Program-made: the position numbers and the translations under genes | In this document: positions 33,983 to 42,464 of the stretch, piece after piece | How the letters are laid out: every line of letters starts with the position of its first letter | How positions within the stretch are numbered: the stretch's first letter is position 1 | Notes under the pieces: model-generated | Seen by the model: only the letters and a program-made list of their open reading frames with translations | Database searches by the model: none | Told to the model about the DNA's origin: nothing | NCBI GenBank assembly: GCA_015064965.1 | Contig: SVRG01000002.1 | Location: forward strand, 7,983 to 71,982 | Direction: 5' to 3' | Source of the DNA: Oscillospiraceae bacterium | Lineage (GTDB): Bacteria; Bacillota; Clostridia; Oscillospirales; CAG-272 | Length of the DNA: 64,000 nt

Positions 33983-34882
33983 ATGAAAACCGAAAAAAAC
34001 ATATTAATTGCATTTATTCTTAATCTGGCTTTTTCAATTTTTGAATTTGTGGGTGGCATATTTACAAGCAGCGTGGCAATTATGTCCGATGCAGTACACG
34101 ATATCGGAGATGCCGCGAGTATTGGACTATCCTATTTTCTTGAAAAGAAAAGCAAAAAGCAACCGGATGAGATATACACCTACGGATACGCGAGATACTC
34201 TGTAATCGGTAGCGCTATCACAACCCTTATCCTTCTCATCGGTTCTGCAATAGTCATTTATAATGCCGTTTGCAAAATTATAAATCCAAGCGAAATCAAC
34301 TATGACGGCATGATAATATTTGCGGTTTTTGGCGTTCTTGTAAACCTCGGCGCGGCATTTGTCACACGCGAAGGCGACTCGCTCAACCAAAAAGCGGTAA
34401 ACCTACATATGCTTGAAGATGTTCTCGGTTGGGCAGTTGTGTTGGCAGGAGCCGTTATAATGCGCTTTACGAATATCGCAATAATCGACCCGCTTATGTC
34501 CATTGGTGTAGCAGTATTTATCATTGTAAACTCGCTTAAAAACCTAAAGGAAGTAATCGAAATATTTCTTGAAAAAACTCCGCACGGTATCGAGATAAAC
34601 GAGATCAAAGAGCATATTATGGGAATTGACGGTATTATTGACGTGCATCACATACATATCTGGAGCATGGATAATCAAAACAACTACGCCACAATGCACA
34701 TAGTAACCGATGAACCATCCCACGAAATCAAAAATGCGGTCCGCAATGAGTTAAGCGAGCACGGTATCACTCACGCAACGCTTGAGCTTGAAGCATCGGG
34801 GGAACATTGCCACGAAAAGCACTGCCATGTGGAATATAAAGAAAGCTCCGGGCACCACCATCACCATCATCACCACCATTAA
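33983..34882 (+). CDS. cation diffusion facilitator (CzcD/ZitB-like) transporter with poly-His tail
   Basis: 299 aa, six TM helices. SDAVHDIGD and HMLEDVLGW metal-site motifs. C-terminus SGHHHHHHHHH. Confidence 0.85.
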   Translation: MKTEKNILIAFILNLAFSIFEFVGGIFTSSVAIMSDAVHDIGDAASIGLSYFLEKKSKKQPDEIYTYGYARYSVIGSAITTLILLIGSAIVIYNAVCKIINPSEINYDGMIIFAVFGVLVNLGAAFVTREGDSLNQKAVNLHMLEDVLGWAVVLAGAVIMRFTNIAIIDPLMSIGVAVFIIVNSLKNLKEVIEIFLEKTPHGIEINEIKEHIMGIDGIIDVHHIHIWSMDNQNNYATMHIVTDEPSHEIKNAVRNELSEHGITHATLELEASGEHCHEKHCHVEYKESSGHHHHHHHHH

Positions 34883-34961
34883 AAAGCAGTCATGCACTGC
34901 AGACCGACCTTAAGGCAATAACTTTTATATTCCGTAACGGTGTGGAAAAGCAAATATAACA

Positions 34962-34999
34962 GAACACTCACTGCTCAAATATGAGCAGTGAGTGTTTTT
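34962..34999 (+). terminator. intrinsic terminator after the CDF transporter gene
   Basis: AACACTCACTGCTCA-AATA-TGAGCAGTGAGTGTT followed by TTTT. Confidence 0.85.
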
Positions 35000-35036
35000 C
35001 TCTGAAGTAATATAATACAAAATGGTTCTTCAATGA

Positions 35037-35666
35037 TCATTCAGATAGCATCTTAATTATTGGTGATATAGCCTCGAAATACAATTGACCGATAAACATA
35101 GCACCATTCTGATTGGGATGTACACCATCACCGGAATAGTATTGCGGAGTAGGCTGTGCTTTTAATGCCTTTGCAAAATGCCTGTCAAGCGGAATATACG
35201 CATCCGCAAACTCCTCCGCCAATCCGCTAACAATGCTTACAATACGTTCCACTTCTTCTCGCCAGGATTCCTTATCCTCATTATCTAAAAGAAAAGGGGA
35301 AAGTATAAGGATTTTTGCATTTGTCCGTGCTCTCAAGCGTTCCAGAATAGCGCGGTAGTTTGTTTCTATTTGCACATCGGTAGTTTCGATGCGGCTTGCT
35401 CCATGTCGATGCCAGACATCGTTTATACCAATCATAATAGAGATTATATCCGGCTCGAAAGCAATGGCATCTGTATAAAGCCTGTCAAAAAGTTGGTCTG
35501 TACGATTACCGCCGATACCTAAATTGAAAAATTCAAAATTCACATTGGGAAAGGCATTTTTAATTTCTTCTGCCGCATATTTCGGATACCCATTTCCCAT
35601 ATGATGATAATTTCTGCGATCACGACCCGCATCAGTGATGCTATCACCTATAAACAAAATTTTCAT
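35037..35666 (-). CDS. SGNH/GDSL-family hydrolase
   Basis: Starts MKILFIGDSITDAG (block I GDS) with AAGGAG upstream. Also GIGGN, and the DGVHPN block V near the C-terminus. Confidence 0.8.
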   Translation of the reverse strand: MKILFIGDSITDAGRDRRNYHHMGNGYPKYAAEEIKNAFPNVNFEFFNLGIGGNRTDQLFDRLYTDAIAFEPDIISIMIGINDVWHRHGASRIETTDVQIETNYRAILERLRARTNAKILILSPFLLDNEDKESWREEVERIVSIVSGLAEEFADAYIPLDRHFAKALKAQPTPQYYSGDGVHPNQNGAMFIGQLYFEAISPIIKMLSE

Positions 35667-35780
35667 ATACATGCTCCTTGTTATGTAGCATTTAATCAAT
35701 AGCATGACTTATAACTTTACCGTCATGCCACTCTATATTGCCGGTATGTCCATGACATAGTCTGTAAAAACTATAAAATG

Positions 35781-35818
35781 AAAGGTTATCCGAGCGAATG
35801 CGAGGATAACCTTTTTTT
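35781..35818. terminator. hairpin terminator downstream of the guaA-like gene
   Basis: AAAGGTTATCC...GGATAACCTTT (11 bp). T7 on the plus side. On the minus side an A7 precedes it and U-rich UUUCAUUUUAUAGUUUUU follows. Its orientation of action is uncertain. Confidence 0.55.
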
Positions 35819-35859
35819 GCCTCGGAGAGGCTAATTCAGTTTTGCTAAAACAAGAATGC

Positions 35860-36840
35860 TTATTCCCACTCGATGGTGCCGATGGGTTTGGGAGTGAGGT
35901 CAAGAAGAACACGGTTGATGCCTTCTACCTCGCGAGTGATTCTGTCTGTAATCTTATGGAGAACTGCATAAGGAATCTCTTCAATTGTTGCAGTCATAGC
36001 GTCAGTGGTATTTACCGCACGGATGATTGCAGGCCAGCCCTCATAGCGCTTGCTATCACGCACACCAACACTCTTGAAATCCGGAACAGCGATAAAATAC
36101 TGCCATACCTTTTCTGCAAGACCGCAATTGTCAAACTCCTCACGGAGAATTGCATCAGCCTCACGGAGCGCATGGAGTCTGTCGCGAGTAATCGCACCAA
36201 GGCAACGAACACCGAGTCCGGGGCCGGGGAACGGCTGACGGTAAACCATTGCATGAGGAAGGCCAAGTGCCTCGCCTACAACACGAACTTCATCTTTATA
36301 AAGAAGCTTGACAGGCTCAACAAGCTCCATCTCCATATCTTCAGGAAGGCCGCCAACATTGTGGTGAGCCTTTACGCCGTCACTCTCAAGAATGTCGGGA
36401 TATATGGTGCCCTGAGCAAGGAAGGATATGCCCTCAAGCTTTGCGGATTCCTCATCAAAAACCTTGATAAACTCTCCGCCAATAATTTTTCTCTTCTTTT
36501 CGGGTTCTGCTACATCTTTGAGAAGGTCAAGGAAACGGTCGGTTGCATCAACATAAACGAGGTTGGCATCAAGTGCCTTGCCGAAAACCTCAATAACCTG
36601 TTCGCTCTCGCCCTTGCGCATAAGGCCATGGTTAACATGAACGCATACGAGCTGCTTGCCAATCGCCTTAATAAGGAGAGCCGCAACAACAGAAGAGTCA
36701 ACACCGCCGCTGAGCGCGAGGAGAACCTTTTTGTCACCAACCTGCTCTCTGATTTCTTTTACCTGTTCTTCAATAAACGCATCTGCAAGTGCTTTTGTTG
36801 TGATGCGCTCCATTGTTTCGGGACGAACATTACCTTGCAT
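35860..36840 (-). CDS. guaA: GMP synthase ATP-pyrophosphatase plus dimerisation domains only (no glutamine amidotransferase domain)
   Basis: Intact PP-loop LALSGGVDSSV, also HHNVGGLP, YRQPFPGPGLGVRCLG and the family-typical C-terminus KPIGTIEWE. There is no GATase domain in this frame. The upstream ORF is unrelated. The ATG at 36838-36840 has GGGGGA 7 nt upstream. An alternative ATG at 36855 overlaps the upstream stop (TAATG). Confidence 0.8.
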   Translation of the reverse strand: MQGNVRPETMERITTKALADAFIEEQVKEIREQVGDKKVLLALSGGVDSSVVAALLIKAIGKQLVCVHVNHGLMRKGESEQVIEVFGKALDANLVYVDATDRFLDLLKDVAEPEKKRKIIGGEFIKVFDEESAKLEGISFLAQGTIYPDILESDGVKAHHNVGGLPEDMEMELVEPVKLLYKDEVRVVGEALGLPHAMVYRQPFPGPGLGVRCLGAITRDRLHALREADAILREEFDNCGLAEKVWQYFIAVPDFKSVGVRDSKRYEGWPAIIRAVNTTDAMTATIEEIPYAVLHKITDRITREVEGINRVLLDLTPKPIGTIEWE

Positions 36841-36854
36841 TTTATTTTCCCCCA

Positions 36855-38051
36855 TTAATTAGTATAGTTGTCAAAATAACCCTGTACAAGTACAATAGGT
36901 GTACCCTTATCACCTGAACCGCTTGTCAGGTCGCAAAGCGAACCTATAAGGTCGGTGAGCTGACGGGGAGTGGTGCCCTGAGAAGCCATATTGCCCACAA
37001 GATTGGTTCCCTTTTCACGGATGCTCTTAGAAATTGCTTCTTTGAGTGCCTCTCCTGAAAGATCCTTGTAATCATTGTCCGCGAGGTACTTGAGTTTAAG
37101 CTCGTTGGGCGTTCCAACAAGACCGTCGGTAAACGCAGGAGAAACAACCGGGTCTGCAAGTTCCCAAATCTTTCCTTGGGGGTCCTTAAACGCGCCGTCG
37201 CCGTATACCATAACCTCTACGTGCTTGCCGGTTGCATCAAAAACTCTCTTTTGAATGTCAAGCACAAGATCCTTACACTCTCTGGGGAAAAGTTTAACCT
37301 TATCCTCGGTAGCCTTGTTTGAACCGAGAAGACCATACTTTTCATTGCAACCGCTTCCGTTTACAGGAGCATTTAAAATCTCATCAAGATTGAGGACCCT
37401 TGCGCCTGCTTCGGTAAGAATGCGCTTTGTGCGCGCTCTTGTATGAATTGAGCAGTTAATAACTGTATTTGTATATTCAAGAATTGCCTTTGGTTGATTT
37501 GCAAAAACGACCTCAACCTCAGCTCCGCATTCGCGAACAAGATTTGCATAGTATTCAACATAATCGACACCGGTAAACTCATGCTTGTTAACGCCGAAAA
37601 GTTCACGATATTTTGCCTCGGAAAGGACATCAGAATACGGGTTAACTCCTGCCGCGTCAATCTTATCAAGGCTCACAAGCTCGTTTCCGACTTCATCGGA
37701 GGGGTATGCAAGCATAAGGACTACTTTGCTCACACCCATTGCAATACCGCGAAGGCAAATTGCAAAACGATTACGCGAAAGGATGGGGAAAATAACGCCA
37801 ACGGTTCCGCCGCCGAGTTTTGCCTTAACATCAGCTGCTATATCATTAACGGTTGCATAGTTTCCCTGTGCACGTGCAACAACTGATTCAGTTACGGAAA
37901 TAACATCTCTGTCACGGAGTTCAAAGCCCTCGGACTCTGCCGCAAGCAATACGCTTTCTGAAACGATAGCCGCAAGGTCATCTCCCTCACGGATGATGGG
38001 GCAACGAATACCTCTCGATACCGTACCAACTCTTCTTTCTGTGTTTGCCAT
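36855..38051 (-). CDS. CofE-like (F420-0:gamma-glutamyl ligase family) protein, long form
   Basis: About 398 aa. N-terminal [16 protein letters not shown]...[13 protein letters not shown]. Central [10 protein letters not shown]-terminal [28 protein letters not shown]. All of this resembles the F420_ligase fold. The organism type is not known to make F420. Confidence 0.6.
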   Translation of the reverse strand: MANTERRVGTVSRGIRCPIIREGDDLAAIVSESVLLAAESEGFELRDRDVISVTESVVARAQGNYATVNDIAADVKAKLGGGTVGVIFPILSRNRFAICLRGIAMGVSKVVLMLAYPSDEVGNELVSLDKIDAAGVNPYSDVLSEAKYRELFGVNKHEFTGVDYVEYYANLVRECGAEVEVVFANQPKAILEYTNTVINCSIHTRARTKRILTEAGARVLNLDEILNAPVNGSGCNEKYGLLGSNKATEDKVKLFPRECKDLVLDIQKRVFDATGKHVEVMVYGDGAFKDPQGKIWELADPVVSPAFTDGLVGTPNELKLKYLADNDYKDLSGEALKEAISKSIREKGTNLVGNMASQGTTPRQLTDLIGSLCDLTSGSGDKGTPIVLVQGYFDNYTN

Positions 38052-38216
38052 ATACAGCACTTCTTTCTTTATAGAATAAGTTTGCGAAAAGACATTTACA
38101 ATATATTTTACTACTTTTTTTAAAACTATTCAATAGTTATATCAGAAAAAAATAAAGTAAATTTTTAGAATTTTGTCATATTGTTTTATATAAAAAGCAC
38201 AAATACCGAAGCATAG

Positions 38217-38249
38217 TTAAAAAAGGTCGCCCATTGGACGACCTTTTTA
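38217..38249 (-). terminator. intrinsic terminator after nadE
   Basis: AGGTCG...CGACCT hairpin followed by a U6 run on the minus strand, directly after the nadE stop. Confidence 0.7.
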
Positions 38250-38981
38250 TTATAATTCAGGTTTAAAGCAAGGCATAAGCTGAAGCTTGAAAAGATTTTT
38301 AGCGTGTTTATCGTCAATGAGCGCTTTTTTCGCTTCATCCTCGATAACACCTTCGCGGATGTATCTGTCAAGCTCGGCATAAGTAAAGCCGAGATTTTCC
38401 TCATCGCTCTTGCCGCAAAGACCGTCAATCGGAACCTTATCGACAAGCTCTCTCGGAAGTCCCAAAAGATATCCGATTTCCTTTATTTCAGTAACGGTAA
38501 GGAATGAAAGGGGTGAAAAATCACCAACGGAATCGCCGTAACGGGTGGAATAGCCAACCCAGTCTTCAGAAAGGTTACAGGTGTTTGCAACTCTGCCGTT
38601 GCAGCTCTGGGAAATAGCATAAAGCGTAGACATTCTGATTCTGGCAGGAAGATTCTGAAGTGTCTGGGATGTGATTTCAAGGTCGGAAGTAATATTATTA
38701 AGAATACCGTCTACAGCATCCTTAATGTTAACAAGATAGTGCTTGATTCCAAGATGATTAACAAGCATATATGCCTTGTCAATATCATGCTGATCGCCCT
38801 GAGGCATAAGAACGCCGATAACACGATCCTTGCCAAGTGCTTCAACGCAAAGTGCGGCAACTATGGAGCTGTCTTTGCCTCCGGAAATACCGAGGACAGC
38901 ATTGCATCCCTTGCCGTTTTTCTCAAAGAAATCGCGAATCCATTGCACACAGTCATTTTTCACTTTTTCTGCATTAAACAT
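38250..38981 (-). CDS. nadE: NH3-dependent NAD+ synthetase (short form, no glutaminase domain)
   Basis: PP-loop LGISGGKDSS and a NadE-like body. The ATG at 38979-38981 has GGGGGA upstream. Confidence 0.85.
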   Translation of the reverse strand: MFNAEKVKNDCVQWIRDFFEKNGKGCNAVLGISGGKDSSIVAALCVEALGKDRVIGVLMPQGDQHDIDKAYMLVNHLGIKHYLVNIKDAVDGILNNITSDLEITSQTLQNLPARIRMSTLYAISQSCNGRVANTCNLSEDWVGYSTRYGDSVGDFSPLSFLTVTEIKEIGYLLGLPRELVDKVPIDGLCGKSDEENLGFTYAELDRYIREGVIEDEAKKALIDDKHAKNLFKLQLMPCFKPEL

Positions 38982-39030
38982 AGAAATATCCCCCATTTAA
39001 TTTATTGCTAATATGATACCACATAAATAC

Positions 39031-39072
39031 ACAAAAAGCAACCTGAATTTTACGATTCAGGTTGCTTGATTT
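39031..39072 (-). terminator. intrinsic terminator after the degenerate guaA paralog
   Basis: AGCAACCTGAAT-TTTACG-ATTCAGGTTGCT (12 bp) with T-runs on both sides. Confidence 0.85.
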
Positions 39073-39073
39073 T

Positions 39074-40228
39074 TTATTCCCATTCTATTGCTGCCGGAGG
39101 CTTTGATGTTATGTCATAGAGTACCATATCAACTGTATCTCGGAGTGTCTCTTTTATACGCTTTGCCGCTGACGCGAGCACCTCTTTTGAAAAATCTTTT
39201 CCGGGAACCAGCGCACGTGCTGTTTTGAAATCTGCAGTCGAAACCGCACGAATAACCACTGAATAATGCTTTTCTGTATCCTCCACTATCGGGAGTAACA
39301 CCGCAAAAAACTGCGCTGCCGGTGTTTTGTCAAACTCCTCTGCAACAATCTCATCTGCAACACGAAGAATGTCAAATCCCTCTTTACAAAGATGGGATGG
39401 ATGGCTATGATACGGAAATGCATGCGAATCCGAGTCCACTCTGCAAACTACGCGGTTTACAAATGTGGCTTTGTTATTCAGTTCTACGGCGATTTCAAAG
39501 AGTTTATCAAAATCGCTTTGTTCTCCTTTATCAGAAATAAGAGCCATGCTCTTGTATGTACGAACACCTTCGTGTATACCGACCGTGCGTAGTGGCACAA
39601 GACGAGCTGAAACCGCATCTGAAATTTCATTTGCAATGTTATAAACCAACTCTCTTTGCTCGGTAGTAAGCGCAATAACCGACTTGTGACAAAGCATACG
39701 GATTGCATATGCCTGCATCGGAAACGGCTGACGCAAAAGTGATACGTCCGCCCCCGCCGCTTTTGCAATATCTGCGGCATTATCGCCCACATCCGCAATA
39801 CTTTCGCCGCCAACAGTATGCATACCGGTAACAAGCAGATCAGGCACGCCAAAGCTTGCAACTGCGTCTGCGTAAATCCGGTTCATTGCAGACAGAATAA
39901 TCTCACGCTTTTCGGCAGGTATACATACCATTGAAAGCGGACCTATTATTCTTTCTTCTGCTTTTTTAACCGAAGACATCAAAAAAGCGTTTTCACACTT
40001 GACAAAAACCGAGTTTGCGATTCCAAGGTTTTCGATGTATTCTTTTACTTTTTTCGCCTCGTTTTTTCGTAGCATACCGTGGTCAATGTGAACGCAGTAT
40101 ACCCTTTCTTTTGAAAGCGCTTTCACACAAAGTGCAAGAGTAGCAAGACTTTTGGCATCACCAAAAACGGGCATGGCTATCGCCCTGTCCGCTGCTTTGC
40201 TTTCAATTGTGTCAAGTATAAAATTCAT
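39074..40228 (-). CDS. GuaA-like paralog with degenerate PP-loop and duplicated GMP-synthase C-terminal domain (probable pseudoenzyme)
   Basis: Aligns by eye with 35860-36840. The PP-loop SGGVDSS is replaced by VFGDAKS and PFPGPGLG by PFPMQAYA. It still ends in canonical YDITSKPPAAIEWE. An extra internal copy of the dimerisation domain is present (VPLRTVGIHEGVRTYKSMALIS...FVNRVVCRVDSD). Start taken at ATG 40226-40228 (MNFILD). Confidence 0.6.
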   Translation of the reverse strand: MNFILDTIESKAADRAIAMPVFGDAKSLATLALCVKALSKERVYCVHIDHGMLRKNEAKKVKEYIENLGIANSVFVKCENAFLMSSVKKAEERIIGPLSMVCIPAEKREIILSAMNRIYADAVASFGVPDLLVTGMHTVGGESIADVGDNAADIAKAAGADVSLLRQPFPMQAYAIRMLCHKSVIALTTEQRELVYNIANEISDAVSARLVPLRTVGIHEGVRTYKSMALISDKGEQSDFDKLFEIAVELNNKATFVNRVVCRVDSDSHAFPYHSHPSHLCKEGFDILRVADEIVAEEFDKTPAAQFFAVLLPIVEDTEKHYSVVIRAVSTADFKTARALVPGKDFSKEVLASAAKRIKETLRDTVDMVLYDITSKPPAAIEWE

Positions 40229-40366
40229 ACAAAAAACCTCATATTTTATACATTTATTATATAGAAACTCATCTGGCTTGTCAACGCATATAGCCGCTTT
40301 ATCCTTCAAATTTTCGAGTGCAAGTTATCTCGTTTTTTGAAGTGTTTAATTTTTTTGTTATTCCTA

Positions 40367-40395
40367 TTGACTTTAGTACTGTAAAGTGGTAATAT
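40367..40395 (+). promoter_or_regulatory. candidate promoter of the yerC-his operon
   Basis: TTGACT-17 nt-TAATAT with TGG upstream of the -10. It predicts an approx 30-nt leader, too short for a T-box or riboswitch. Confidence 0.6.
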
Positions 40396-40429
40396 GTTAA
40401 CAAATTAAATTGAAAGTGAGGACCTATCC

Positions 40430-40720
40430 ATGGTCAAACTCAAATCGGCATCCATTGACAGACTTTTTGAGGCAATTCTCGGTTTGGAAACTACAGAAGA
40501 TTGCTACAAATTTTTTGAGGACATCTGCACAATAAAAGAACTGCAGGACATGGCACAACGCCTTGACGTTGCTTTCCTTTTAACCGAAGGAATCAACTAT
40601 CAAAAAATATCCCAGGAAGTAAACGTAAGCACTGCAACAATCAGCCGCGTAAGCAAATGCTTAAACTACGGCAGCGGCGGATATATGGCAGCCATCGAAA
40701 AAATCAAGGATAAAAAATAA
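40430..40720 (+). CDS. YerC/YecD family TrpR-like DNA-binding protein (HisR-like)
   Basis: 96 aa. DCYKFFEDICTIKELQDMAQRL and ISQEVNVSTATISRVSKCLNYGSGGY match the YerC/YecD family. It lies 5 nt upstream of hisZ. Confidence 0.8.
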   Translation: MVKLKSASIDRLFEAILGLETTEDCYKFFEDICTIKELQDMAQRLDVAFLLTEGINYQKISQEVNVSTATISRVSKCLNYGSGGYMAAIEKIKDKK

Positions 40721-40725
40721 ACGTA

Positions 40726-41841
40726 ATGATACTTAACGACTCCCTTTTAAAAAACGAAGAGAAAGCAATATTTGCCCTGCGTGAACTTTATGCAGCATAC
40801 GGTTATTCTCAATACAAAATGAGTAAATTTGAAGAGTATGACCTCTATGTACGCAACAAGGACTTTCTCATATCGGACAGTGTAATCACCTTTACCGACA
40901 CAAACGGAAAACTCATGGCTCTTAAGCCTGACGTTACCCTCTCCATACTCAAAAACTGCAAGGATAAGTCAGGGCAGGTACAAAAGGTTTACTACAACGA
41001 AAATGTTTACCGTGTTTCCGGAGCCACACACAGTTTTAAAGAGATTATGCAAGTTGGGCTTGAATGTATCGGAGATATTGACGACTACGCACTTTACGAG
41101 GTGTTGCTGCTCGCGGCAAAAAGTCTTGCCTCCATCTCTGTTTCATCCGTGCTTGACATATCGCATCTCGGTATTATAGAGGCACTTTTCGACGCACTCG
41201 GTATAGACGACGGAGAACGTACCCAGATGCTGAAATGCATTGGTGAAAAAAGTGTTCATTCGCTTACGGCAATATGCGAAAAATGCTCGGTTTCAAAAGA
41301 AGATACCGAACTTTTAAAATCGCTTATTACGCTTTACGGCAAACCGTCCGACATTGTCCCAAAGCTTTTTTCTCTGCTTGACGGCAAAATCGACAGCGCA
41401 CCGTTGATTCAGTTTTCAAACATCCTTTCTGCACTGGAAAACACCGAAATATACAACATGCTCCGCATAGACTTTTCAGTAATCCACGATATCGGATACT
41501 ATAACGGCATTGTGTTCAAGGGCTTTATCGAAGGTATCCCCGAGGGAGTGCTTGCAGGCGGTCAGTATGACAAACTTCTTTATAAAATGGGCAGAAAATC
41601 CGGTGCCATCGGATTTGCAGTTTATCTTGATTTACTTGAACGAATAAACTCAAGTGAAAAGCAAAGCGACGTTGATATTCTTCTTATTTATAAAGACAAC
41701 ACTCCTTTGTCTTCGCTTGCCAAAGCGGTTAAGGACCTTTCTGCAAACGGCAAAAGCGTAATGGCACAAAAAGGGATCCCCGAAAAGATAAAATACGCAG
41801 AGCTCATGAAACTTGACGAAAGCGGGGTAAGCAAAATATGA
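40726..41841 (+). CDS. hisZ: ATP phosphoribosyltransferase regulatory subunit HisZ
   Basis: 371 aa. HisRS-like catalytic core without an anticodon domain. Overlaps hisG (ATGA). Confidence 0.85.
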   Translation: MILNDSLLKNEEKAIFALRELYAAYGYSQYKMSKFEEYDLYVRNKDFLISDSVITFTDTNGKLMALKPDVTLSILKNCKDKSGQVQKVYYNENVYRVSGATHSFKEIMQVGLECIGDIDDYALYEVLLLAAKSLASISVSSVLDISHLGIIEALFDALGIDDGERTQMLKCIGEKSVHSLTAICEKCSVSKEDTELLKSLITLYGKPSDIVPKLFSLLDGKIDSAPLIQFSNILSALENTEIYNMLRIDFSVIHDIGYYNGIVFKGFIEGIPEGVLAGGQYDKLLYKMGRKSGAIGFAVYLDLLERINSSEKQSDVDILLIYKDNTPLSSLAKAVKDLSANGKSVMAQKGIPEKIKYAELMKLDESGVSKI

Positions 41842-42464
41842 AGATGCTGAATATTGCCCTGCCCAAAGGCAGACTTGGAGAAAAAGTTTATGAACAGTTT
41901 GCAACAGCCGGTTTTGAATGTCCGTCGATAAAAGAAAACAACCGCAAACTCATTTTTGAAAATGAAGAATGCGGCGTAAGATACTTTTGGGTAAAACCGT
42001 CAGACGTTGCAATTTATGTTGAGCGCGGCGCGGCAGACATCGGAGTTTGCGGCAAAGATATTTTGCTTGAATACTCCCCCGATGTGTACGAACTCTACGA
42101 CCTTGACATTGGCAAATGCCGCATGGCAGTTGCCGCAAAAAAAGACTTTGCAGACGACCAAAGCCGAACTTTAAAAGTTGCGACAAAGTTTACAAACATA
42201 GCAAAAAACTACTATGCGTCAATAGGTCGCGATATCGACATCATCCATCTCAACGGTTCGATTGAAATAGCCCCCATACTTGGACTTTCAGACGTTATAG
42301 TTGATATAGTTGAAACAGGTACGACACTTAAGGAAAACAACCTTGAGGTGGTTGAAACAATAGTGCCGATAAGCGCAAGACTTATCGCAAACAAAGCAAG
42401 CTTTAAATTTAAAAACGAGCTTGTCGAAAGAATTATTCACAGCATGGAGAATGGCAATGATTAA
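41838..42464 (+). CDS. hisG: ATP phosphoribosyltransferase, short form
   Basis: 208 aa. LNIALPKGRL, DIGVCGKD and DIVETGTTLKEN. Confidence 0.9.
   Translation: MKMLNIALPKGRLGEKVYEQFATAGFECPSIKENNRKLIFENEECGVRYFWVKPSDVAIYVERGAADIGVCGKDILLEYSPDVYELYDLDIGKCRMAVAAKKDFADDQSRTLKVATKFTNIAKNYYASIGRDIDIIHLNGSIEIAPILGLSDVIVDIVETGTTLKENNLEVVETIVPISARLIANKASFKFKNELVERIIHSMENGND

Noticed and set aside
34855-34882. Run of nine His codons, considered as a possible cloning or expression-tag artefact
   Set aside because: The codons alternate CAC/CAT irregularly, no vector or linker sequence flanks them, and His-rich C-termini are common in CDF metal transporters.
35842-36858. 338-aa plus-strand ORF
   Set aside because: It is the antisense shadow of the guaA-like gene. 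The minus frame carries the SGGVDS PP-loop and the IEWE terminus, while the plus frame has no motifs.
40229-40429. T-box or riboswitch upstream of the his operon (and upstream of hisS at 59561-59574)
   Set aside because: The predicted leaders are approx 30 nt and 14 nt. That is far too short for a T-box (approx 200 nt or more), and no specifier or terminator structure is visible.
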